From the human T2T-CHM13v2.0 reference genome, Homo sapiens, in the NCBI RefSeq assembly GCF_009914755.1, contig NC_060925.1: a DNA stretch of 64,000 bases; one strand, written 5' to 3'. A program made the position numbers and the translations under genes. Numbering within the stretch: position 1 is the first letter of the stretch; each line of letters opens with the position of its first letter. This document shows, one piece after another, positions 14,707 to 25,584 of this stretch. A model generated the notes under the pieces. It worked only from the letters and a program-made list of their open reading frames with translations, did not search any database and was not told the DNA's origin.

Positions 14707-15780
14707 TGTCCTGGCCCCACAAATCCTCCAGGTGACAATGCTACAAACTCCCCAAACTGCCCGCAGGGCCCCTCTGAGACTTCAAGCCTTGCCGGGGTGC
14801 CCTGGGCCTGTAGTCTTCCTCTCCTGTGCTCATGCAGTCCCCACACCTCTTAAGCTGTGTGTTTGTCACATTCCTAGTAGGCACCAACTCCTTCCTGGCA
14901 GTTCACACTAAGGAAGAAATCGCCATCCCACTGCATAGGGATTGGCTGGCCACCTCCTCAGTGCTCCCTCACTCCACGCTGCAGGAGGACATGGGTGCTT
15001 GGAAGCCTCTGTGTTTACTGAGTTTTGCCTTCCGGAGACCCCAGGAAGGCTGCACAGTCACAAATTCCTCCTCACGTCTTATCTCTGTCTCCCTAATTCC
15101 CAACCAAGGGCACAAGAATGTGTGCCCAATCAGGACCTAGCTGGCGCTGGCTATTCCAGAACTCCCCAGGCTGAACGCTACTAGTGCCCAGCACGCTACC
15201 AATCTCCCAGGGGCTGCAGAACCTGACTCAGGAAAGTCACCAGCTCCAAGCACAGCAATCTTTCCCGATGCTGTAGGCTTTCATAGTTTTTCTTGCTTGT
15301 CTTTTCAACAAGCAACATCAAGATCATTTAAAACACACATTTTTAATATTCCAGTGCCTTGCTACAACACACAGAGCAACAGTTCCAAAATAACTCAGCA
15401 TCTGTAATCCATAATTTATCATCCAAATTTGTTGTGTTCAATTATTCATATCCTGCAACAGTGTGTCCCCAAAGAAGCAAACAAATTCAAAAGAAATCTC
15501 AAAAAATGCAGAAGATGAAAAAATAAACCAAGTGTTGCAAGGAAGGTATCAGGATGGGGTGGGGAAGGGCTGCGGGAAATGCAGGCGTGATTGGAAGGAA
15601 TTTCACAGAAGACTTTTCTTCAAGACCTGACAACACTGGTGTTTGTTGCCATATTCTCTTTATCGGGAGAGGAGTAGTGGTGGTCATACACCATTTTTTA
15701 TTCCTAGCACAGATATCACCAATGTTTCTTCCAACCATTTTGGGGGAAGAGAATTCAGTCCACATTTCTACAAACATATA

Positions 15781-15926
15781 TTTGTTTGTTTGTTTGTTTG
15801 TTTGTTTTAGAGTGGGGGTCTTGCTACTTTGCCCATGCTGGTCTTGAACTCCTGGCCTCAAGCGATTCTCCTACCTTTTGGCCTCCCAAAGAGCTGGGAT
15901 TACAGGTGTGAGTCACCACACCCAGA
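15781..15926 (-). mobile_element. FLAM-type Alu monomer with (TTTG)n tail, inserted in an L2
   Basis: Single left-arm monomer with degenerate TSD CTACAAA(C/T)AT on both sides; L2 tail sequence resumes at ~15935. Confidence 0.85.
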
Positions 15927-16534
15927 CTCTACAAATATCTATTAATCATCTATGATGTGCTAGGCACTGTGCTTGGCACACACACACACACAAAAGGTGA
16001 ATAAGACACAGCTTTTGACCTTGAAGAACCTTCATTCTCACCGGGAAGGCAGAAAGGAAAGAAGTTCCACCCACAGGAGTCTGGTAAATGCTAGAAGAGA
16101 GTGACCTGAACTCAAGATGAGGGATCCATTGGTCCTGCCAGCAGGAGGGTGTCAGACAGCTTCACACACAGAGAGAGAACTTTTCATCAAGGCTTGAAGG
16201 TGAGAGTTTTTGGTTGGATAAAGTCAGGATGGATCATTGGGTAAGGGAGAAGGATAACCTAACAGAAACCCAGGGCAAAGAAATACAGAATTTCTGTTGG
16301 TTTCCACTTTAGATTACATAATCCATGTACTTGAATTGAACTAATTTCTTTTGCCAAGCTGTTATAGCCTAAGAACCAGACTGAACTACTTGAGTATTGG
16401 CTGTGTTCATTAAAGTGTTTTTATATTAAAAATATAGAGGCAACTTAATGTTAAACAACAGGGAAGAAATTAGTGAAGCAATCCATGCATTTAGTGGAAA
16501 ATAAAATAGCATCAAAACTAACAGCATCTAAATT

Positions 16535-17510
16535 ATTCATTTCATTCATTCAGCAAATCTTTGTTGAGCCCAAGGAGCACAGCATTGAGCAAACCAGCAC
16601 AGTCGGGAGCTTGTACTCTACCAAAATAGAAAGCCAATAAACCACTAAGTACACTATACATTATCAGACAGTGATGGACAGATATGGTGGTCAGGGAAGT
16701 CTTTGGAGAGGCAACATTTCCGCATAGACCCGAACACAGCATATTCAGTGCAGACAGCACAGTAGGTGCAAAGGCCCTGTGGCTGGAATGTGCCTAAAAG
16801 GACCATAGCAAAGCAAGGGGGGCTGGGAAGAAGAAAGTTCAGGCTGATAGGCAGGGACCGGAGGACCTTGAAAGGAATTTGATTCATTCTGAGTGCCAAA
16901 AGAAACTTGAGTTTAAAGAAACTCAAGAATATGACATTCTCTTAGGTTTTTAAAAGATCATTCTAGATACCATGAGGAGACTTTACTGTAGGGGACAAGC
17001 GTAGAAAACAGGGGACTAGTGAAGAGGCTGACTCTGTGGTCTAGATGAGAGCTAATGGTGACTGGACCAGGAAGGAGATGTGAAGGTGGTAAGACATGAT
17101 CAGATTCAATATGTAATTTAAAGGTACAGCTGTAATTTTTGCTGCTGGTGTGAATGTGGGGTGTGAGGGAAAGAGAGGGGTCAAAGTGACTCACGGGATC
17201 TGGGCCTGAACATTTGGGTGAACGATGGTGCCATTTACTAAAAAGGAAACAACGGGGGCAGATCCGATTCTGGCATGAAATTAAGAACTTTGTTTTAAAT
17301 GTGTTAAGTTTGAGCCATTTATTAGTCATCCACGTGGAGATGTTGAGGTGGCCTTTGTGTATAGGAATCAGAGCGTCTGGAGAGAAGTCAGGGCTGGAGA
17401 TAGAAATTTCTAAGTGGCCAATTTATAGATGGTATTTAAAGCCCTGTGAATAATTGAGATGACCTAGGAACTGAAAGTATTTGAGAACTGAGATTTGGAC
17501 ACGTCCCATA
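16535..17510 (-). mobile_element. L2a fragment
   Basis: ATTCATTTCATTCATTCAGCAAATC tail; body GAATGTGGGGTGTGAGGGAAAGAGAGGGGTCAAAG...ATAGATGGTATTTAAAGCC. Confidence 0.85.
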
Positions 17511-18344
17511 TGTGCAGGAAACAAAGAACAGGAATATTCCACCAGTTGTCTGTCCTCTTTCGAGATTTCCTAAAAGTATCATCCAACAACTCAGTAAGTT
17601 CCACTTTCAGCTCATATGGGGCCACACTTAGCTGCAAGGGAGGCTGGGCAATGAAGTCTTGTACCTGATAAAATCAAGAAAGAAGGAGGCTAGATATTGT
17701 GCAGGTACCTAACATTGTCTCCCCTTCACCAACAGGACTCTGCCCACCCCCTGTTCAGACCCATTCTCCAGCCCCAAGCAGGGATTCCACACTGTAGGAG
17801 GAGAGATTGATGACCCAGAGGGCAAGAAAAGAAAGTGTTTCAGAAGACTCTCAAAATGCTCTGCCCTGAAAACGAGGGGTTATGATGGAATAGATTCAGT
17901 GCCTGGCTCATTGTGGGATATCAACAAAGAGCTGAAGAAGGAAGGAAAGAAGAAAGAAAGGGGAACAGACAAGAGATAGGGACACAGGGAAAGAGGAACT
18001 CAGCAACAATATAATTTTCCCAAATTTATCAGCAAAAGAGCACCTGGAGTTTGGAGTCTGGAGATTATCGTTCACCTACCACACGTAGGTTGCCCACTTA
18101 ATCCACCTGAGCCTCTTTTTACGAATCCAAAGGCAGAATATTTCCAACACAGATTTGGTAATAAACTGGGTGCTCTGACATATGGTTAGCAGTATTGTGA
18201 ATTGGTACATCTCACTGGAAAAGCAATTTATCAGTACAAATCAAGAGTATACAAAAATATGCACACTTTTGACTGAGTTCTGAGTTTCTGTTCTACAAAA
18301 TAATTCCCATATATTAAAAAAAAAAACACTTGTACAAATATTAA

Positions 18345-18472
18345 AATAGCCTGAGTCCCTGATGACATTGTGGTCTCTGAACTGTTTTATATGGGAGAAT
18401 AAAGCATTAGTTGTTTAACTACTGTAGTCTGGTCTCTATTACTAGTGTCTGGACACAATTCCTAACTGATAC
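18345..18472 (+). mobile_element. MLT1J/K-like LTR 3' fragment
   Basis: GCCTGAGTCCCTGATGACATTGTGG...AATTCCTAACTGATAC terminus. Confidence 0.55.
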
Positions 18473-18849
18473 CAAGCAGGGGAGAGTCTGATTGATTGGG
18501 GCTGACCTGGAAGTCAGGTTACTTCTGGTGGTGACAGAGGGAAGTAGGAAAATAGCATGCAATAAACACTGAAATTAGTCCTGCTGATCTTTTAGGGGGA
18601 AGCGGATGATCCATTCTAATTTTGGTTTCAAGTGTGTGATTGATATAGATGCAGTATATATAGATACATATAGATGCCAGAGAATGACTATCTTTCCTGG
18701 AATATAAGGTGCTTTTAAATGCTACAGCAAACGCTAGTAAGAACTCTTTGGTGTAATACTGTAAACAAAAAAAGCAGGCCAATGTATATAGTATTCATTC
18801 TGATTATAGCTCTGCAAAGATGTGATTTTTTAACTTTTGAGACTTTTAC

Positions 18850-19572
18850 TATGTTTTTATTAAGCTATAATTTATGTGAGGAGAAATTTGCTTGTTTTAG
18901 AGTACAGTTCTGTAGGTTTTGTGACAAATGCCTGTAGTCATGTAACCATTACATGTATAATCAAGACATAGCATTGTTCCCTCACCCCATAAGATACCGT
19001 CATATCCCACTGTGATCAGTTCTCTGCCCCATCCCAACCCCAGGCAACCAATGATCTGTTTCTTCCCCTGTAGTTTTTCTTTTTCCAGAACATCAGAACA
19101 TCCTGTAAATGGAATCACACAGTATATAGTCTTTTGAGTCTGGCTTTCCTCATTTAGCATAATGTGTTGAGATTCACCCACATTCTCCAATGTATCAATA
19201 GTTTGTTCTTTTTATTGCTGTGTGGTATTCCATTGTATAAATGGACTGCAGTTTGTTCATCCATTGAGGAACATTTCTGTTGTTTCTAGTTTTGAAAATG
19301 AATAAACAATAAACATTTAGTGTAGGTTTTTACATTTGGTAAATGTAGGTTTAATTTTAAAAGAAACTGCCAAAAACTTTTCCAAAGTGGCTGTATCATT
19401 ATCCACTCCCACCAGCAGTGAATGGGAGTTCCAGTTGCTCCAAATCCTCTCCAACACTTAATATTGTCTTGTTGTTGGTTGTGTTAACCATTCTAAAAGC
19501 TGTGTGGTGGTATCTCAATGAGTTTTAATTTGCATTTCCTTAATGACTAACAATGTTGAGCATCTTGTCATG
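18850..19572 (-). mobile_element. L1ME/MD-like 3' end, antisense
   Basis: AATGGAATCACACAGTATATAGTCTTTTGAGTCTGGCTTTCCTCATTTAGCATAATG...TTAATTTGCATTTCCTTAATGACTAACAATGTTGAGCATCTT. Confidence 0.85.
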
Positions 19573-19574
19573 CT

Positions 19575-22118
19575 GGTACCAGCTTTACTCAAATACCAAA
19601 CCAGACAAAGACATTATAACAATGGAAAACTGCAAAGCAATATCTCTCATGAAAATAGATGCAAAAGTCTTCAAAAAAAATTAGCAAATCAAATGCAACA
19701 ATACATGAAAAGAATTATACACCACAACCAAATGGGATTTATTCCAGGCCTGGTTAAACATTTGAAAATCAATATAATCTATTCAATGCAGTATAATTCA
19801 TATAACAACAAGCCAAAGAAAAAAATCATATGATCACATCAATAGTTGCAGAAAAAGCATTTGACAAAATCCAACACCTATTCATGATTTTTAAAAAAAC
19901 CAAAAACGTCTCAGCAAACTAAGATTAAAGAGGAAACTTCCTCAACTTGATAAATAATATTTACAAAAAATCCATAGCTGACATCATACTTAATGGTGGG
20001 AAACTAAATGCTCTCCCACTAACATTAGGAACTAGGCAAGAATGTTCATTCACTCTTCCCACTCCTATTCAACAATATACTGGAAGTCTTAGCTAATGCA
20101 ATAAAACAAGAAAATAAAATGTATACTGGTTGTGAAAAAAGAAAATTACTTATGTTTATAAATAACATAATTGTCTATGTAGAAAATCCCAAAGAACCAA
20201 CAAGAAAACCTCCTGAAACTAGTAAGTAGTTATAACAATGTTCCAGACACAAGATTAATATACAAAAGTCTATTGCTTTCTTATGTACCAGCGATGAACA
20301 ATTAGAATTTGAAATTAAAAGCACAATGCCATTTACATTAGCATAAAAAATGAAATAGGTATAAATGTAACAAAATATTACAAGATCTATATGAGGAAAA
20401 GTATAAAACACCAATGAAAGAAACCCAAGAAGATGTAACTAAATGGAGAGATATTCTATGTGTGTGGATAAGAAGACTCAATATTATCAAGATATCAGTT
20501 CTTCTCAATTTGATCTATAGATTCAATGCAATCCTAGTCAAAAATCTAAGGAAATTGCTTTGTGAGTATGAACAAACTGATTCTAAAGTTTATATGGAGA
20601 GGCAAAAGACCAGGAAAAGCCAACACAATATTGAAGGAGAAGAATAAAATCAGAAAACTGACACAGCCTGACTTTTATTACTACTGCTACTTCTACTAAT
20701 TCTAATTCTACTATAATCAAGACAGTGTGTTATTGGCAAAAGAATTGACCCAAAAAACATCAGTGGGATAGAATACAGATGCCAAAACTAAACTCACACC
20801 AATCTAGTCAACTGATTTTTGACAAATAAGCAAAGGCAACACAATGGAGAAAGGCCAGTTTTTTCATCAAATATTCCTGGAACAATTTGACATCCATATG
20901 CAAAAAAAAAAAAAAAATGAAACTAGACACAGATCTTTTGCCCTTCACAAAAATTAACTCAAAATGGATCATAGACCTAAATGTAAAATGTAAAATTATA
21001 AAAATCCTAGAAGATAACATAGAAGACCATCTAGGGGACCTTAGTTTTGGTGAAGACTTTCTAGATACAACATCAAAAGTTCAATCCATGACAAAAATAA
21101 TTGAAGTTAGATTTCATTAAAATTAAAAACTACTGCTCAACGAAAGACACTGTTAAAAAAATAAGACAAACCAGACAGGGAGAAAATTCTTGCAAAACAC
21201 ACATGTAATAAAGGACTAGTATGCAAAATATACAAAAAAAATTCTTAAAACTCATCAATAAGAAAACAAACAACCCAATTTTTTAAATGGGCAAAAAATC
21301 TGAACACACACCTCACTGAAGAAGATGTATGCATGTCCTGGGCAAATAAGCATATGAAAAAATACTCATGATATGTTGTCAGAGAATTGCAAATTAAAAC
21401 AACAATGAGATACCACTACACACCTATTAGAATGGTTAAAGACCAAAACACTGACAACACCAAACACCAGTCAGGACCTGGAACAACATTGCTGGTGGGA
21501 ATGGGAATGTAAAATGGTACAGCCACTTTGGAAGACAGTTTCTTACAAAACTAAACATAATTTTTATACAGTCCAGCAATCGCACTCCTTGGTATTTACC
21601 CAAGGAGTTGAAAACTTATGTCCACACAAAAACCTGCACACAGATGTTTATAGCAGCTTTAGTCATAATTGCCAAACCTCAGAAGCAACCAAGATGTCCT
21701 TTAGAAGGTGAATGAGTAAACAGACTGTGGTACATCCAGACAATAGAATTATTCAGCAATGAGTAAACAGACTGTGGTACATCCAGACAATAGACTTATT
21801 CAGCAATAAAAATAGTTCAGCTATTATGCCTCAAAATAACGTGGAGGGGGCTTAAATGCATATTGCTAAGTGAGAGAAGCCAACTTGAAAAAGCTACATA
21901 CTGTGAAATTCCAACTATATGACATTCTGGAAAAGGCAAAACTGTGGAGACAGTAAGAAGAGCAGTGGTTTCCCAGGGTTAAAGCGAGGGAGGGATGAGT
22001 GCATGAAGCACAGTGGATTTTTATGGCAGTGAAACTACTCTGTAGGATACTGAAGTAGTAGACACATGTAAACCTAAAACTAAACTGCTCTAAAAAATAA
22101 TGTCAATGAATTTTTTTA
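19575..22118 (+). mobile_element. L1MC (MC1/2-like) ORF2 RT-to-3'UTR fragment
   Basis: ORF remnants KKLANQMQQYMKRIIHHNQMGFIPG, KWRDILCVWIRRLNIIKISVL and PFTKINSKWIIDLNVK; L1MC 3'UTR ATTCCAACTATATGACATTCTGGAAAAGGCAAAACT. Confidence 0.9.
21711..21804. repeat. 47-bp tandem duplication within the L1MC
   Basis: AATGAGTAAACAGACTGTGGTACATCCAGACAATAGA(A/C)TTATTCAGC x2, one mismatch. Confidence 0.95.
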
Positions 22119-22283
22119 ACAAGATGGAATGACCACTTCAAACAAATTTCCTTAAAAGAGAGACCCCATCCTAGAATGACTTAGTCACAAAGACCTAAAA
22201 AAGGATCTAATTCACCATCTTCATTTTATCTATGAAAAACTGATATTTTTATGAACGTAGGAATTGTTTGTCCCAGATTACAT

Positions 22284-22663
22284 ACATTTGGATCTGCCAA
22301 GATGAATTCAGATAAGTGGTGGAGAAGGGTCTGGACTGGGCAGAGGACATTCCATTTCTAATTAGGGCTCAGCCACAGTCTAGCTGTGCATTTCGGGTTT
22401 TGACATCAGAATCTGATTGCAGGATTCCATATATGTGCTAACTGAAGAGCCACGTTCCTTTCTCTGGGAAGGTCATCTTCGACTGACGCATATGGATGCA
22501 CGTGTATGATGCATGAAACAGAGAGGGTATCAGTGGGCAGTACTGGATTCAGGATCATTGCCGTCAAACCCAGTTTGCAGTTTCATTCTATTATCCATTC
22601 TCTGGTGTACTAAATATTTATAGAGATCTGGGAATACACTCTATCTGACTCTATGGAAATTTC
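22284..22663 (+). repeat. 380-bp direct repeat, copy 1 (inserted into a MIR)
   Basis: Ungapped match to 22953-23332 with about 30 mismatches by manual count (~92%). Confidence 0.95.
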
Positions 22664-22952
22664 CTAGAGGCAGAGCTAAGACCAAAACTCATGTGTTCTG
22701 GCTCTTAGCCTAATTTATTTCACATAAAATGTTTCAATTTGCATGTTGGATGTTTACACGGGTTTTTATGAACTATACCTGCATTCAGGGTTCCAAGTTG
22801 CAAGAAATAGTGAGGAACTCCATAGCTTCAGCCCCTTCTCTTCTTCTCACTTTGATAGCTTGTGGGCCATTTGAACACTGCAAGGTCTAGATGGACAGCT
22901 CAGCCTTCTGCACTCCCTGCACCATGTACACCAACATTTGCCAAATACAACC

Positions 22953-23332
22953 ACATTTGGGTCTGCCAAGATGAATTCAGATAAGTGGTAGAGAAGGGTC
23001 TGGACTGGGCAGAGGACATTCCATTTATAATTAGGGCTCAGCCACTGTCTAGCTGTGCACTTCGGGTTTTGACATCAGAATCTGATTGCAGGATTCCATA
23101 TATATGTTAACCGAAGAGGTACATTCCTTTCTCTGGGAAGGTCATCTTTGACTGACGTGTATGGATGCATGCGTATGATGCATGAAATGGAGAGGGTATC
23201 AGTGGGGACCGCTGGATTCAAGATCATTGCCTTCAAACCCAGTTTGCAGTTTCATGCTATTATCCATTCTCTGGTTTACTAAATATTTATAGAGATCTGG
23301 GAATACACTATATCTGATTGTATGGAAAGTTC
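22953..23332 (+). repeat. 380-bp direct repeat, copy 2 (probable donor)
   Basis: Same sequence as 22284-22663, offset by 669 bp. Confidence 0.95.
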
Positions 23333-23404
23333 TAAATAGTTCTCAAACATTTATAATCTGGATTAAAAACCCTTAGTAATCACCCACAGTGCTATTCACA
23401 AAGC

Positions 23405-23885
23405 AGGTTGCTGAAGGTTGGATTCCTCAGGCAGCAGTTGCTGAGTGGGAGTTTCGCATGTGGGATGTTTTTAAAGAAGTGCCCTGGGTATCATGCGATG
23501 AGATGATGGATGAGAGGGGAAGGAAACAGCATGGGGCAGAGGAAAAAATCAGGCAGTGATTCAAGTCCAATGACAAACTCAACCAATCCTACAGGGAGTT
23601 CTGGAACTAAAATGACTCTTTGGATTCGTCCCACATTGGGGCAAAATGGCCAGGCCTTCATACACCCAAACTCCATCCATCACCATATGTGGCTGCCCTG
23701 GGAAGGAGCATGATTTTGGGAGAGGTGGTTTTCTGCAGCTGAGGGGATGCTGAAGAGGCTGACAGCTGCAGGTATCTGTTGATGACCCACCCCCAGCCCC
23801 AGACCCATCCACAGACCTTTCATGGAATGAGGGATCTGGGCATGCATCACAGTGCCTGCCACACAGGCACCCAATGGGTACATAT
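23405..23885 (-). mobile_element. LTR16A-like ERVL solo LTR
   Basis: GGTTGGATTCCTCAGGCAGCAG...GATGTTTTTAAAGAAGTGCCCTGGG...CAACCAATCCTACAGGGAGTTCTGGAACTA resembles antisense LTR16A. Confidence 0.7.
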
Positions 23886-24022
23886 GGAAGAGATGTTGGA
23901 TACTTTTCCACTTTGCAGAGTAATTCACAAATCTGCCACTCTGCCAGTCAGTCACCACTCTCTAAAACAGAGATCCTTTTCCAACCCCAAAATATGTCTC
24001 TGTCCTTCCTTTGGAGGGCCTA

Positions 24023-24410
24023 TGTGTTAGTCCATTTTGTGTTCCTGGAATACCTGAGACTGGTATAAAGTAAAGAGGTTTATTTGGGTCACGGTTCTGC
24101 AGGTTTTACAAGAAGCATGGCACCAGCGTCCGCTTCTGGTAAGGGCCTCAGGGAGCTTCCAAACATGGCAGAAAGTGAAGGGGGAGCAGGCGTGTCACAT
24201 AGTGAGAGAGGGGTCAAGAGACAGTGGAGGAGGTGCCGGGCTCTTTTTAACATGTGAACTAATAGAGTGAGAGCTCACTCATTACCACGGGGAGGGCAAC
24301 AAGCCATTCATGAGGGATCTGTCCCCATGACCGAAACACCTCCCCACCTCCAACACTGGCAATCAAATTTCAACATGAGATTTAGAGAGGACAAAATCCA
24401 AATGACATCA
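24023..24410 (-). mobile_element. MSTB-like MaLR solo LTR
   Basis: TGTGTTAGTCCATTTTG...CCAAATGACATCA with 5-bp TSD GCCTA (24018-24022, 24411-24415). Confidence 0.9.
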
Positions 24411-25238
24411 GCCTACCTGGGGATTCTAAAATCTCTCAACTAAAGACACAGTTCTCAATGTGCCTTTGGCCTGGAGACCAACAAGTCAATCCATCACACT
24501 AACTTTATCATACAACCTGCCTTAAAGCCAAATGCTCTCTCCGGTTTTGATTTATTCACCAAGAAAACTGTCCTCTAGTGATTAACTGACAGCATGTTGT
24601 TGAGCCCTAGGCCTTATCTGTTTGATCTCCAAGACCAAAACCACGGTCAAATAAATCCCCTGAGTCCCCTGAGGATTCCCAAAGGGAAGGAGGTGGGAAA
24701 CCTGGGACTGTAATTAGAACTTTGTTGTTCCCATGACCCCACCACCCTATTCCACTCCTGGTTGTCTAAGAAAGACGGCAGGGAATCAGGAGAACATTCT
24801 GAAAGACTCCGAACATTTGCATGAATGCAATGGCTTTTGGAGGAATAGTGGAATTTATAAGCCTAATGATGGGGATGGACTCTTCCAAGCAGAGGAAGAG
24901 CTTGAGCAAAGTTGGGAGGACAGAAAACATAGGGCAGGCCAGGGAAGGTCATTAGTTCAGCTCTGTCAAGGCACTTACAGCATAGAGAATGTTTATGGCA
25001 AAAGGACTTTGAATGCTATGCTGAAAACATTTATTCTGGAAGCAGTAGGAACACATATACCAGATAAGTGATGAGGGTAAGAGATATTTTCTACAGTCGT
25101 GAACACCAGGAATGACTGGCTGCCCCTTGAGCGCTGGATGACAGGCTTTGCAATGAACCCCAAGGGCAACAAAAGTGGAAGCTCCCTTTGGTTAAAAATA
25201 AAAAAAATCAAAGGGTTGACAACAGAAAAGCAAGGGTA

Positions 25239-25584
25239 CAGTTGGGCCTCCTGTATCCATAGGTTTTGTGTCAACGGATTCAACCAACCTTGGAAGATAC
25301 ATCGAAAAAATGGATATTTCCATCTGTACTGAAAGTGTACAGACTTTTTCCCTTCTAATTATTCCCTAAACAATACAATATAACAACTATTTACGTAGCA
25401 TCTACATTGTATTAGGTATTATAAGTAATCTAGAGATGATTTAAAGTATATGGGTGTATGTGCATATGGTATATGCAAATACTACACCATTTTATATCAG
25501 GGACTTGAGCTTCCATGGGTTTTGGTATCCAAGGGGATTGTGGGGTCCTGGAACTGATCCCCCACAGATACCAAAGGATGACTG
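25239..25584 (-). mobile_element. MER2, full length
   Basis: TA|CAGTTGGGCCTCC...AGGATGACTG|TA: terminal inverted repeats with TA target duplication. Confidence 0.9.

Noticed and set aside
21711-21804. Short direct repeats as a CRISPR-like array
   Set aside because: Only two adjacent copies, no spacers, inside a mammalian L1.
18850-22118. Antisense/sense L1 junction at ~19573 as a possible twin-priming inversion
   Set aside because: Each side has its own, different 3'UTR (L1ME/MD-like versus L1MC-like), so they are two independent elements.
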